This document shows, one piece after another, positions 1 through 13,930 of a DNA stretch of 64,000 nt. The DNA comes from Octopus vulgaris (taxonomy: Eukaryota): the NCBI GenBank assembly GCA_951406725.2, contig OX597816.1, positions 124,496,001 through 124,560,000 of the forward strand. The letters are read 5' to 3'. The translations under genes were made by a program, and so were the position numbers. Position 1 is the stretch's first letter, and every line of letters starts with the position of its first letter. A model generated the notes under the pieces. The model was not told the DNA's origin. It was given only the letters and a program-made list of their open reading frames with translations, and searched no databases.

Positions 1-1430
1 CGTTCCCTCGTGCAAAGATACTATTACGCTTATCATTTTATCAGGAAGATCAACTTCTAACTACATTTTTCAAAGCGCCTCACTATTCACTGTATCAAAT
101 GCATTAGTCAAGTCGAGAAAACCATGCACAAGTCAGTAAGTATTTTGCTCACGTGATTATTCTTGAGCAAAAGTTTCAGGGCTAAAATCATGTCAACTGT
201 GTCTCTCCCAGCCCAAAGTTTACATTGGGATTCAAGATATATGCTGTTTACTACATGCATATTGATGCAGTTAAGAATCACCTGCGCAAGAAGTTTTTTC
301 CAGGTAGGCACAATAACGTTATCCCTCTGTGATTATCACGTACACACTTCTTCCATTTGTTTTTGAACAAGTGCATTATAGATGCATCTTTGAACTATTT
401 GGACAGATACGCAGTTTCCCACATCAAGCAGATCAGTTTGCAGTGCTCTCTTACAAGGTGCCTACCACTATATTTGTACACTTCTATGGAAACACCGTCT
501 TGTCCAGGAGCTTTACAACCGGAAAGTCTTTTAATAGCAGTAATTATCTCTTCAAAGGAATGATCTTCTGCTTGTTCCTCAATTATAGACGTTTGAAAGA
601 TTTTATTGGTTATCTCAGAATTGGTAGTGGATTTCTGATTTAGTATGAATTTAAAGTGTTCAGCCCATCTCTTCAGAATTTCATCTGTGCTACTAAGTTT
701 TGAACCGTCATTAGAAAGAATAGGTCCTATACCACACTTTTTGAAATCAAATATACATTTGAGATTATCACACAACGCTCTCACGCAGTGGGAGTTAGCA
801 GAGGTTCCAGTTCTGGGCCTTTTTTGTCCACCAAGAGCTTTTCCTCAGACGCAATTTTTTGAGAGAAGTTTTATTAAGATCTGAGGGATGATGAATATTT
901 GTCTGAGATCTTTTGTGCATAGATTTTAGGAGAGGTTTGATTTGAGAATCATTTCCATCGAACCAATCTTGATTCTTCGCGAATCCTAGAACTTCCTCAG
1001 CAGATGATTTGATGCTTTCGCGAAGATTACGCCATAAAACTCCAGGATAATTTATTTTCTATTGCCAGTAATATACGACGGATAGAAGATTCCAGCCAAC
1101 TTCAACTGCCTTTCATTCAGAAGCTTGGAAAATGGATAAATTAGCTCATATAGGCATAGGAGTGGCCTTTTTGTATATGGTTCCACGCATACCTTACTTA
1201 GAATATTCTGTGATCTAAGTAACACTGAAGAGTTTAGTGAGCTCTTGTTAATTTGGCATCACTGCAATCTTTGCATTTAGTTATGACATAATCAAGCATG
1301 TGCCAATTATCAAATCATGGATGCTTCCAGATGTTTTTATACTTATTTGCCTCCTGAAATATTGTGATTGCAATTATTAAACCAAATTGTCGACAGAAAT
1401 AAAGCAGTCAGTGACCATTTGCATTCATCT
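1..1430 (-). mobile_element. Degraded RTE/BovB-type LINE (endonuclease, linker and start of RT)
   Basis: Minus ORFs 395-784 (ILKRWAEHFKFILN...KAPGQDGVSIEVYK) and 108-311 (GRDTVDMILAL) match the RTE RT N-terminus. About 1285-1333 minus reads IWKHP*FDNWHMLDYV, the RTE endonuclease motif W.HP.S..WH..DY. Confidence 0.85.
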
Positions 1431-1787
1431 TAGCAGTTTCATGCTAATTACCTTCGATACTACTCAATCATGCAGGCGCCTGTACATTAATTAAGCTACT
1501 GGGAAAAAGCTAGCAAATGTGTGCTAATATAGAAACAAACAAGAGTATTATATTATTACAACAAACAAACGAAGTGTGCATATATAACTGCATGAAGTCT
1601 TACGGCTTACAATTATACATATACAACAATAACGACAGAAAGAACTTTGCAGCTGTCAAACGAACTGAATGGAGTTGCGCAAAGAGAAAATGAAGTCCTA
1701 GAGGACAGAACGGATGTAGCAAAAGCGTAACCAGTTTGGTCAAAAGTAGGACGAAAAAGAATGACACCACTTTTTTCTGGACACCAG

Positions 1788-1952
1788 ACCAGTTTGACAG
1801 TGCTCTCTTACAAGGTGCCTACCACCATATTTGTACACTTCTACGGAAACACCTTTTTGTCCAGGAGATTTAAGACTGGAAAGTCGTTTAATAGCAGTAA
1901 TTATCTCTTCCAAGGAAGGATTTTCTGCCTGTTCCTCAATTATAGACGTCTC
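1788..1952 (-). mobile_element. Second copy of an internal RTE segment (similar to about 431-592)
   Basis: Direct sequence similarity to 431-592; translates SIIEEQAENPSLEEIITAIKRLSSLKSPGQKGVSVEVYKYGG. Confidence 0.8.
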
Positions 1953-1984
1953 AGGAAGTGCTGAGAGAGGGAAAAAGGGGTGAC

Positions 1985-2015
<31 letters not shown>

Positions 2016-2799
2016 TAACGAAGGAGCAGAGTAAGAAAGAGGGAGAAGGGAAAGACGCAAGGGCGGTAAGCGGCTGCCGAAAAAGAAGGTAACGATGGAG
2101 AAAGAGCAGGTAAGATTAGGGGTGGAAAAAGATAGAGTAAGAGGGAAATAGGGAGAGAGGGAGATAATGAAAAAGAAACGGAGACAAAGAGAGAAAGAGT
2201 GGAGAAAAACAGAGTAAGAGTGGAGATAAGGTTAAGAGTGGCACCAGAATATTCAAGGAATATTTTTTTCATTAAAGTAAGCAAACTATGTGCATTGCGC
2301 TACATGGATATATCAAGGGTTAAACAGAAAGAATACAAGGAGGAATGTTAGGCGAAAGCAGAGTAAACGGGTAAGTTGACAAAAACTAAACGGACGGGAA
2401 ATTAGACAACGACACGATACACAGAATGTTCGCAGCTGAGTTCTCCTCTTCATTCAAAGACGCAAATTATCATAGCAATTTCACGCCAATTACCTTCGAT
2501 ACAGCTCAATTATGCAGGCGCTAGTACTTTTATTAAGCTACTGGGGAAAAGTTAGCGAATGTGTACAAAGAAAAAAACAAGATATTATACAACAGACAAA
2601 GACTTATGCATATATATATATATATATATACATACATACTTACGTATATACCTACATACATACACACGCACATATATATGCACACATAAACTTAACTTGT
2701 ATGTATACTAGTGTATAAAGAAGTATATATGAGGTCTACTTTTATAATAAACAGAAAATAAGTTTTAATTTTACTGAGTTATATCTATACGGTGGAGTG

Positions 2800-3156
2800 T
2801 GTAACAAGACTTATAATCAAAACCTCACAGTTTCAGCTTCCTGTATAAGGCCACATTCAAATCAAGTGATGTGTCCTGGTTATTAACCAGTCTGCTAGCA
2901 GATATATTACGCCTTATAGTAGAACATTCTACAACGTTCTAGATGTTCCTGCGCTTTTGTGGTTATAAAAGAGAAAGCCCGTCAGAATGGGCCAGAAACG
3001 GCCCTTGGAAGCATAAGCAATTAGCCTTTCCAGCGTCAAGTTTTCCTTTGTTGAAATTCAACCCGGAGTAAAAGGATTTATTCTCTATTAGGACGAACAC
3101 ACATTATTCTCGCTTCTTACTCGACGCTCATCATTTTAGTTTGTAATTTAATTACA
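2800..3156 (+). mobile_element. Candidate solo LTR
   Basis: Begins TGTAAC and ends TTACA; TTATAAAA at about 2963; AGTAAA at about 3067; purine-rich GGTGGAG just upstream and TGGCAAC just downstream. No target-site duplication seen. Confidence 0.45.
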
Positions 3157-4795
3157 ACTACTGGCAACAACTAGAAAACTTTTATGTATATACAAATATT
3201 TTAAGTTACTTTATTGAGAATAAAATGTATTTCAACTATTATCTATTTGGTTTGTTATGAGACAACACACAGCTAACTAATGCCATTCAACAGTGACCCA
3301 TACACCTAAGTACCACACGTGTTTTGATTTCATAGTTATTGAACTCCGTGTTTCATTATTGCGAATGATTTAATAACGGCTACTATAGGTAATATTTGAC
3401 AGAAGTAGTTAGACTGAATTAATATTGTATGAGATTGTGTAGTGAAAAATCATCATCATCATCATCAACAACATGTACCATTGTTTGTCATTCATGTTAA
3501 AATCACCAAGCAATTGAAGCATTATATGTAGGAAGATTATTCGTGTTTCCTTTAGATGATCCATATTGCTTTGTTCTTATCTGTTTTGAATATGTCTTCA
3601 AGATGTATGGAAGCTTTAATGTTGTATTATAACCATAATATATTTATTAAATACGGCAGTGTTTTCATGAAATTCAAATCAGAGCAGTTTGGCCTTTGTA
3701 TAATACTTTTGAGTTGTCTTTCATGCAAGTTCACCAATTGTACGCATAGCTGGAAGCATGTATTCACCATTTTAGCAGAAGTGGTTTGATGTTTTCCTGT
3801 TGTGTTGTGGTGAGATTCTTGGGACTGTGTTGTGGTTCTGTGTCGTATGTTGTCACCGATGTTGTTGGGTACCATTGTCAAAAGACATTATGCGCAGTTG
3901 CTTTAATGAGAAACAAGAAATTATGATGATAAAATATATGATTAAAATTATGATGATAAATTACATATTTGAAACATACGTTTTTGAGTAAAATTCGTGA
4001 AGTTAGTTATGTGTTGTACGTTATAACCTTTATAATTGCAAATAGTGAAATATTGTTGAATTCTAGATGTTATAGAATGATTTCTATATTAAAACAGGAT
4101 TGTGCTTATAATGTGTAAGGTGTGGCACTACACCTGAGTTGTGGAGCAAGCATATTAATTGATGTCATTTATATATATAAATATATATGTATATGCATAT
4201 GTATGCATGTATGCATGTATGTATATAAGATAATATAAATAATATATGTGTGTGTGTTGTGTGTGTGTGTTTTTATGCTTGTGTGTATATTAGAAATTTG
4301 TTTAGACTGAATAGTAACAATATATGAATAAGAAAAAGAAGAGTTTTATAACGATAATCTTTTATACAGACTGTTAGTTTAAACTACTTTGAAACATACC
4401 TAAGATGTAAGAAGAAGGGTTCAACTGATCTCGTGACGTCCCAAAAATGTATTTATTTTGCTTTGACGGTGGTAGTAAAGTAGTATATGCATTCATCTCT
4501 GAATATTCGAATAGCTACAGGAGAATGTGTAATATTTGTTATTACAATATATAGATATAGGATTATTGTAGAAAACCTTTCGTACTCGAAAAGAAATGAG
4601 TCAATACTGCATCCTAACAGAGATTTGTTTGCTTAGATGCAGACATTCTCACTTCAATGAAATCCGTGCTTCCATTTTGAAATTAAAATTCGAATATACT
4701 GTTGTTGTATCACTAATTAACAGTTTATGGATTAAACGTTCGGCTATTTTATATGTGCGATGCATCTTGCGGCAATACATAGACAAACACACACA

Positions 4796-4864
<69 letters not shown>

Positions 4865-4869
4865 TTATG

Positions 4870-5140
4870 GGAGGCGGGAGTGTAGCTTGATCTCTACAAC
4901 GATCACCTATTGGCCATAGAAGACTTTCGCTGGTGTGACATGAGAACTTGCAAAACCGGAAACTTCCAAGGCCTCAGGTTTTATTTTGGCGATTTCCTCC
5001 TTTTCGTAGGTAGATTACCAACCAAAGTTAAAGAGCTTCTATCCGCCCATGAATTAGACCATCTCATGCCAGACACCAAACCGACACCCAAATGCTCCGT
5101 AGTGTGGTTAAATATCATGCCGGTGTCCGACGCTGTGTAG
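4870..5140 (-). mobile_element. RTE 5'-UTR-like fragment
   Basis: Minus strand GGGCGGATAGAAGCTCTTTAACTTTGGTTGGTAATCTACCTACGAAAAGGAGGAAA resembles the recurrent RTE 5' UTR motif, recognised from memory. Confidence 0.35.
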
Positions 5141-6523
5141 CACATACACACATACATACATAAATACATACATACATACATACATACATACATACATACA
5201 TACATACATAAAAACAAAACAAAACAGAAATAGATTTATACGCTTTTATATTTCGTCCGCAGGATGTACAACAATCACCCTCCTCATTTAGAGTTGAGGG
5301 GTTGCCGGTTTTGCCGCCGCCGACCCGACCATGTAACAGGATGTTGTGGGTTACATGTTACCAGTAGCAAATAGGGAGCTACTAATAGAAAATGTATATA
5401 TATATATATATATAGCTCTTATTAGGGCTATTTGTGCATTATGTATGTATGTATGTATTATGTAAGTATGTATGTATGTATGTATGTATGTATACAGTTT
5501 AGATATTAGACCTATAAGTGTATAAAAATAGGCATATATTTCCATCAGGCTTGTTCGAAAAAGGAATCAGTCTGAAATGTCACTTGACCTCTACTTTATC
5601 TCTCAGTACACTAATATAAATCGAATTTATGCTCATTTCTAATTTAATTTATTCTGATACAAACAACCATTCGCCTGTAAAACGAACCAACTGAGGAAAT
5701 TGTGTAGTGACGTCTCGATATATTAGAGATAGCCATCGTGTATCATGCACGTCACCATCTATCGTCTGAAAAAACGAAGATGAAATTCCGGAAATATATT
5801 ATGTCTGAAGGCAAAAAGGATGGTCATGGTTGGAATACATTTAGTTATAGATTTGTTCAATTGATACTCGCATTGTGTCTAACAACAACAGTCCTATTAT
5901 TCTTCTCACCATGCTTATTTACACTTGAAATTTTTGTCTAGAGCACCAAACAATGACTTCCACTACTGCTGTTATGAGAACAACAGACAAAACATTACAA
6001 TATAATACTAAGATGATTAAACAAAAATAATGAATAATATACCTTTCAGGCTTCATTTCTTTGTAATATATGACTATTATGATTATTATAGATAATTATG
6101 ATTAGCCTGATAACGAAATCATCATTGTCACCATCATGGTTGGCATTGTTGTCGTCGTCATCATCACCAATATTCTTATCATTATTATCTTCTTTATCAT
6201 CACCACGCCATCTTAAATACAGACACAACCGTCATGTGTACATATTTGCAGCAGTAAAATATGAGCATCCTGTAATTGTGGAAAACATGTAAATTCGTAG
6301 TCGACACTCAATACTGAATAGAAAATAAATACTGCTATTACAAAATAAATTCTCCCATATGCAGATCGTTGACCTCCCTATCTGACTGGTAGTTATTTCG
6401 TTGAACCCTGAAACACAAATGCAAAGTTGACATTGGTGACATGTAAAATTAGAGCAACGAGAGATGAATTTAAATATCGTAATTAATTTTATTCTGCGCT
6501 TTTCGGGTTCAGACTATCCCTAC

Positions 6524-7035
6524 CTTTCTTCCATGAGAAATAACGAAAATGATAAAAGTTAAAACAGAAGAAGAAGCAAAGATTTTAAAAACAACTAAGT
6601 GGTGCCGTGGCAATTTCACATATAATAAGTTTTGTTTCATTTCTATTATAAAGAAATGATCGAAGTAGAAGTAAGACAACATTACTTTACTGATGAAATC
6701 TTTTAAAACAAAACTACGTCCATAACTGCTACCTTTCTTAATAAGCATGATAATTAATTCTTAATTTCATGAAACTATCTCCCATTTTCTTTGAGAGTCT
6801 AAAACCGTTGTCGTTGCGGTTTTGTTCTTTACATCAAATTTCAATTTATGGTGAATACTGTGGAGTACGTCACTTATTGTTATCTACCCCATCCAGTTCT
6901 AACGTCTTACTTGTCATACATCCAGAGTCTATTATTGCAGAAGGTGAAATCAAGTTTTCTCAACACAGTACTTGTTGTAGCTCGATTCACGGAAGTCAGT
7001 CGACGTAGTCATAAAAGATCCATAGTTACTCTCTA
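6524..7035 (-). pseudogene. Cys-loop receptor remnant (beta9 to TM1)
   Basis: Minus translation RKWEIVS...FFIIEMKQNLLYV...VLTFIIFVISHGRKV resembles EWEIV...F.I.MRR..LYY...TM1...GEKV; several stops. Confidence 0.5.
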
Positions 7036-7039
7036 ACAG

Positions 7040-7670
7040 TTCAGCAAAGAAGGACACAACAGTCTGAAATAACATATTATGCACTACCTGAGATCCATTA
7101 AAGAAAACCCATCACGGTTTAACACCCATGATGTGTGTTTGCTATCGGGCTTCAGTGCATGTGATGATTTAATTTTGCAGAGAAGCCCAAACCTCAGTTA
7201 AAGGTAGAAAAGCGATATTCAGCAGTGTCAGCAGTGGGATGTGTGCCTCAGAGTATGTTAGAGATGGAAGGCCCTGGTGCATTTCTGAGGAATATTAAGA
7301 CCAGAGCTTCAAATCACAAATTGATGTCGGCTCTTTCGTTGTAGCAATCCGAGTACCGTGCGCTTCTGAAACAAAGAAATACCATCAGCTGTGTTGTTTC
7401 CTCGCTCGTGAGAGCATACAAAAAGGCTGTTGTATAGTTTGAGGAATTCATAAATTTCTGGCGGCCTGTACCAAACATCCGTTGCATGTACTTATTGAGA
7501 AGTGCCGTCAGTGTCTATGAGGTGAGATTTTGGTAATCTTCGAAAACGAAACCTGAACACAACTTGGAGCCTCTGACTGAATATGTTTTCAATCCACACA
7601 TCCGCTCAGCATCGATCAATGGTGCTCTAACACAGCAGTGGCAGAGAGATTTTTCTCTTATTATCCGAAA
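7040..7670 (+). mobile_element. Possible degraded L1/Tx1-like LINE 3' fragment
   Basis: GC-richer island with weak resemblance (SAVS..., HIRSASI) to Tx1 C-terminal regions. Confidence 0.25.
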
Positions 7671-9001
7671 TCTTGGAGCTGCTATTGTGGTTTCTCTTGC
7701 GATCTTCTATTTTGCATCTTCCATTTTGGGCAGAAAAGAAATGATTTCTTCTACTACACATGTTGCAAGAGTTCTTTCTGTCCTTAACAATCATTGTAAT
7801 TAGTTCATTTACTGCGTTCTGTATAGGATGGTTTCATGGCCTTTACCGATAATCATTCCATAGGGGTCTAGGTAGATCTCACTCAACTAAATGTTTCTGG
7901 GGCTCACTTCTGTAACGTGAAACTGGTAATGAGCAACAGTTAAAATGAATGTCAGTAAACCACGCCGTCATCCTCGTGTTTCTTATGTCCATGTACTATA
8001 TCAGTACTAGCGGGTATGCATGTAGCATTTAGGTCACGATTGTGTCCTCTCTTTATATTCAGGCTAAACTATAAGGAGTACTTTTCCATAGACATTGCCT
8101 AGGTTAAAAGTACAGTTCGTGCCAATTTGTACCAATGAATTCGAACTTTACTTTCGAAATCATGAGGAAGCATTGTCCAACTTTTTTGAAACAGCAGCAT
8201 GTCATTAATACTCCGTGAACTGTGTTATACAAAATCTTAAATCAAAGAAGCATTTACTTTTGCGACTTGACTCTTCCAAACATTTTGTAATTCCAGTGGC
8301 TATGAGGCATATTTCCACATATGTTTATATACCAGAAAACATGTTTCTGTATCATTGTTGTTGACGATGTTTGCGGTGTTGTTATGACTATTATTACTGT
8401 AGCTGTTAGTGTATACTGCAGAGTTTATGATGCTGCTGCTATTGCTTCTCTTGTTTGAATTGACATGAACAACATTAATATTATTTTTAATTGTTCAATT
8501 TGCGATTGTTCATAAACGCTTGTTTACTTGTCACGTCGTCTGCTATTATTGTTTTTACAAGTATGTGGTAATCTGGTTTTAAAACGTGAGGACTATTTTG
8601 TTCTGTTTTTGTTATCGTAACTCCTACTATTTTTGTGGTAATTATCTCTGAATTCATTAGATTGAAAACAGTAAAACTGCAAATAACGGCTCGTTACTGA
8701 AAACAACAACAACAACAACAAAAATCAATGTAAAAGTGAACATCTTTTATCTCCCCGGATCAGGAAGCACAGTAGACGTCGAAAAAGGAGACCTATTTAA
8801 CCAAAAATTCGGAAGAAAATTTCATTTGTAGCAGGACCTTTGTAAAACACATCTTACATTAAAACTAAGATAGAATAATGAATAAAATAAAAGGATATGT
8901 ATGTTCTCCATGAACAGAACCACAGGAACATTTCAATCTGATCATACGGCAACGCCGTTCCTCAACAGCCTCAATATATAATCTTTATATATGCGTATAT
9001 T

Positions 9002-9068
<67 letters not shown>

Positions 9069-9546
9069 GACAAGCTTGGGACTGGAAGTGGCCCAGATTT
9101 GTGGATTTTTTCGGTTTTCTGGAACAACCTAAATATATGCTAAAAATATACAATGAAGTACGAAAGGTTAAGAACTATATTATATTTAACATATTAAAAT
9201 GAATGTATTTCTAAAGCGGGGTCTGTTTGATACCTATTAATCGTCTTAACCTTCTTAAAATATGGTGTTGGAACAAATCTTCCTGTCGTTTTCAATTGTT
9301 GTCGTCTAAACATGCGATTTTGTTTCTCACATGCCAGAAGCATAGATGTATGTATGCATGTATAATATGTATGTATGTATGTATGTAAGTATGTATGTAT
9401 GTACGTACGTATGTATGTATTATATGCATGTATGTATGTATGTATGTATTTGTGAGTGTGTGTGTGTCTCTTTAACTCATTAACTAGTTTCAGCTCGAGA
9501 GCTGCGTCTACGCTGGGGCACCGCTATCAGCTTTGTTATTTCTTCA

Positions 9547-9810
9547 CTACTTGACACCTACTTCGGTACGTGACATTTGGTGAACGAAGGAGTTTGATGC
9601 ACTTACCCTCATCTGCGTTTCTTGACATGAGGTAGGATCATCCAGAACTCTTGAGAGGAAGAAATCCAGTTTTCTTCTGAAGAAGTTACATCCACAACAA
9701 ACCGGTCTCTTAGGTTTTTCTTTTTGTTTCAAGATATTGTAGTGATGTTGGGGCCTAAAACTGAAGCTCTTGCAGTATCCGTTCTTGTTTCTTGATTTCA
9801 ACACGTTTTT
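9547..9810 (-). mobile_element. Penelope-like RT N-terminal fragment
   Basis: KEKPKRPVCCGCNFFRRKLDFFL resembles PKIHK...RPIVSGC..PTE.LS.FL. Confidence 0.4.
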
Positions 9811-9899
9811 CTATGCGATTACTGTGTGGATAGCTTGTTTCTATTGCTCGTGTATGTTAAAAGAGAAAAGTTTTTAAATGATATATTTTCATCATTCGA

Positions 9900-10330
9900 T
9901 ATACTTTTATTTCCGCTGTTCTAACACACACTGGGCTAATCCGGCCATTTCGAAGACATTTACTATCAGCTTAAAATTAAAAAAAAAAAAAAAGCTATTG
10001 AAATAAATAGGAGCTTGTCTTCTCAAGCAAAATTTATCGTGGAATCCATTTTTGAGCATTAAACAGATGGCTTTTACGTCAAGTGTCAAGATAAGTATAA
10101 ATATGAGATTTTAAATTTTAGAGTCCCTTATTCTTTCAAATAAGTATCATCAATTACATAATACATTTATGCTGAACTTGGCATAAAATCATATGCATTA
10201 TGAGCTTTAAGCAGATACATCTTCTCTGGATGGAATTAAGATTATCATAACTGTTTCGATAATATATAAAAGGAAACAAATCTGTTTGACAGGCTCTGTA
10301 TGAGTTCACTATAATGTGCTAATTATAATA
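9900..10330 (-). pseudogene. Possible Cys-loop receptor N-terminal remnant
   Basis: Frameshifted pieces YSELIQSL / LIPSREDVS / KFSINVL / APIYFNS occur in the expected order; weak. Confidence 0.25.
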
Positions 10331-10439
10331 TATTTAAAAAGTCGAAAGCCGACAGATGGATTTGTTTATACATTAATATTGAATGGAATTGATTAATAAC
10401 AAAAGAAAAATTAAATTTTCTTTTGTTTTCAGAGAATGA

Positions 10440-11525
10440 AGATTGGTAGTCTAACATCACACAGTTTGACTTAAGTTGTTGATTTTGAATCAAGCATGTT
10501 TATTTATGTGCAACATGGAAACTACAGACAGATCTTCATAAAATGTTTTTCAATTCCCAAGATGCTAGTTATAATATTGCAGTTGAATTAGTGGAGAAGG
10601 TAACAGACTGTGTACTCAATGAAAAATATAACAGACTGTAGTTGGTTACTTCAAGAAATTTAAATCAAATAAAGACAGGTAGTTTACAGTTAAAAAAAGA
10701 GAAGACTGGATAATGAGTGTTATGCTGAACAAATGAAGAATAATTCAAATAGAACCAACATAGATTAGTATCACACCAACTTTTCACAAGCTGGGAAGTA
10801 ATTGAGTTAAATGGTGTATCTGGATGACCATGTGCTGGAAGGCTATTGTAAATCATACGATCTGTTTGAACTAATCTACCATACAAAATCAATCAAAACG
10901 AGAGGCATGTTGACGCTATCAGTAGAATGTAGAACACTGGTGATTTTGAAGTAAATGCAGAAAGGTGAAAAGTATGGACTTACTGCAAAACAGAATTACT
11001 TATAAAAGGACAATAAATCCATTATTGTAATAACATTATGACAGAAACTGAAAGCTTGCTCCATTATTTCCCATCGGAGTGAAATTATTACAGTTTCATA
11101 GCTGAACTCAATGTTTCTGGATCTTTTCGTAGTGAATGAGTGAAACTTTTCTAAAATATAGGCTTTCTTGGGGCATATGAAAGTATGATAAATGTTTTTG
11201 TTGCAGAGCAAGTATTTAAGTCAGATGTGATAATTCCTGTATGCAAAACGTCTCCTAAAGTAAATATGATTGCTTCATACACATCTTACATCTACCAACT
11301 GGGTAGAGGAAGTGTGTTCAGATTCCATCCAGTTTGGTTTCTGAAAGTCTGTGCGCGAATCTTTTAAAATTAGACTTTAAGATTAAGACCGGTGGATACA
11401 AAATTTGTTGCGTTTCACCTTTCATAGGATCATGGGTTCCATTAAACATTGGTTTTATGCTCCAGGATATTTTCTCTGTACATCGAATATGGATATATTT
11501 TACTGAATTTGTGATAGATTAACTA
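10440..11525 (-). pseudogene. Cys-loop (nAChR-like) receptor pseudogene, extracellular domain to TM4, apparently intronless over this span
   Basis: Colinear minus-strand motifs across frameshifts: TEKISW...QILYPPVLIL; AIIFTLGDV...NTC; SLRWEIM; FCIYFK/SPVFYILLI (pre-M1/TM1); TDRM/FTIAFQHMVIQI..LTQLLPS (TM2); GVILIYVGSI*IILHLFSITLII (TM3); GIEKHFMKICL (TM4). Confidence 0.65.
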
Positions 11526-12069
11526 CATGTCATTATCGCTGAAGAAGTTTAATTTTTTTTTTAGGTATAAAATACTAGCATAATTTGATTTTGTTTGAAA
11601 TTCCGAAGCAATTCATGCGCAAGCTAAATTTTCTCACATTTGTATTTACATTTTGCCTCATATTTTTAAAACTTAAAGAGTTTCAATATCAAAACCTATA
11701 TTTTTCTGAAAGCCTTTCCTGTGAGCCTACTGAACTATATATGGCTTAGAACTGAGATTTGCCTGGTTTGCAAGGTATTTTTTAGATTTGCGCCTAAATT
11801 TTATTCCTAAAAGTGCGCACATTTCCCTGTTTGTTTTTAGCAATCCTCCCAAACAAATCCTCAATAGCACCCAGCAAAAACTTCGAAAGCAAAGGTAACC
11901 TATTTCAAGGAGTGTGTATAAAATTATTAGCAGTTATGGAGTTTAAAACAAGTTTTTGTCATTAAGAATGACAACTAAGCATTTTTTTCTGAATTCTCAA
12001 TAAAGTTTCAACTAATTATTTTCAAATGAAACTTTCCCATTTTTAATTAAATTTGAATACTCGTAAAAA

Positions 12070-12470
12070 ATTATTGGATAAAAAAGCAAGCATAAAGTTT
12101 TTTGCTGAACTGCGAATTTATTCTTGGTTTTGGAAAAATCTAAATACACCCATTTCGATGGCTTAAGTTTTTGGCCGTGAAACAGAAAGAAAATATGTGC
12201 AGTGTATGGAGATGGTGCCATGGCTGAAAGGACTGCTCGTAAGTCGTTGCTATGTTTAGGAGTGACAATTCTGATCTGCAAGACCGTGAAAGCTCTAACA
12301 AGCCTAAAGTCATTGAGGATGACCAACTCAAAAAGGTGATAAAAAATAATCCAGATCACATTGCACAAGATATCACAGAGACACTTCACATATTTCATAT
12401 GAGTGTTATACGGCATTTAAAAATATTTTGATACGTGAGTTACGGTGATATGCGTGAGCATTTATCGAAT
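12070..12470 (+). mobile_element. Mariner transposase N-terminal remnant
   Basis: RKICAVYGDGAMAERTARK...DLQDRESSNKPKVIEDDQLKKVIKNNPDH...HMSVIRHLK, a mariner helix-turn-helix region. Confidence 0.8.
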
Positions 12471-12479
12471 TTATTTGTA

Positions 12480-13720
12480 TACAAAGCAGTCCCGACTCCA
12501 ATTACCGGCGTTGTTACCGTGCTAGCTGTAACGTAAGAATTTCTACTACTACAAAATGGTGTAGTTGGTGTTTATCAATGCGGTTTACATCTCCTTGGTT
12601 AGTATTTAGATGCAAATGTTCGTTAGGTGGGTTATTGAACCTTTGCCGTACTTTTTTATTGTTTATGCGATGTATAAGCCACTCTAAATTAGCAGAGTTG
12701 GCGTAGGATACCTTCAGGGTTTGTCGATTGAAAATAGCACGATACCGATTAGATTTAGGAAAACACTTGTCAAAGCAGCAAAAGATTTTCCAGCGATCTT
12801 GGTTGGAACATGCAAACCGAAAACCAGGTTGAGCTAGAGGACATCCTGATGGCTATATCTGTTGTTAGGCTTATTTGATCGAGCATGTTGTACAAGATTG
12901 GAACAAGCAGTTGAATTATTATGTCGCGGGTGTCTATGAGTTTTCTTTGATAGGTCATTGATACGACCAATTCTTTCTGGCCGGTATTCTTTATTTGAGT
13001 GTGTTCTCAAACGGTAACGTTGTGATGGTATACAATGTGCATCACAGTTAGAGAAATTACCAGTATTGTGTATGCCTACTTCTTGTATATATTGAATTGT
13101 TTCCCGATACCCAACCCTAGCTAGAGTATCATTATAATAAGTTGCATGAGATTCGAGAATTTTATTGTTTGCAGATAATCTAGAGATTCTTCTAGAAATA
13201 TTCTTAACTAGTCCCCGTATTATCGAGGGTGGATGGTTGGATGCTATGTTAATGTACTTAATATGATCATTTGCCTCATGAAATAGTTCGAATAATCCAG
13301 TATCAAGACAGAAGGTAGCGTCAAGAAAATTCACTCTACGATATATTTTTGAAAGATCTAATGAACTTTTTCCTATGCCTTTCTAACTGTACTATACTTC
13401 TTCTGTCTAGAAAAAATAAGGCATCATCCTTATATAGACACCCTGTTACGCCCGGAAAGGAAAACTGGATTAATGAAAGGATATATATTCCGACTAGGTC
13501 ACTGATCCCATTGCTATATCAAATGCATTCTCCCTATCTAATCTACTCTATAATCTACCATCAAAATCTACTAGAGTGGCTCTCGCGGCAAGTATAATAT
13601 CTTTTTCGTGTTGGGACACATCGGAATTAATTTTCATGTTAAAATCAGGGCTTGATTAAGAAAGATCGGGTTGATAGTTGCATAGTAAGCTCTCTGTATC
13701 TAGTTGCAAGAATTTACTAT
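12480..13720 (-). mobile_element. Penelope-like element RT remnant
   Basis: GCLYKDDAL (compare GLYRDDGL) at about 13415-13442; ORF 12834-13334 NFLDATFCL...YINIASNHPPSIIRGL..NISRRISRLS; downstream DKCFPKSNRYRAIFNRQTLKVSY. Confidence 0.88.
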
Positions 13721-13745
13721 TCTTGCTGATTTATATATATATATG

Positions 13746-13842
<97 letters not shown>

Positions 13843-13930
13843 TCACACATATATATATATATTTCTATATATATATGAGTATGAGTATATATATATATGG
13901 GTATGAGTATCTCATTTATTTCTTTTGCCA

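Noticed and set aside
10415-10450. Plus-strand acceptor-like TTTTCTTTTGTTTTCAG followed by ENEDW*
   Set aside because: No supporting upstream exons, and the region is better explained as the 3' end of the minus-strand receptor remnant.
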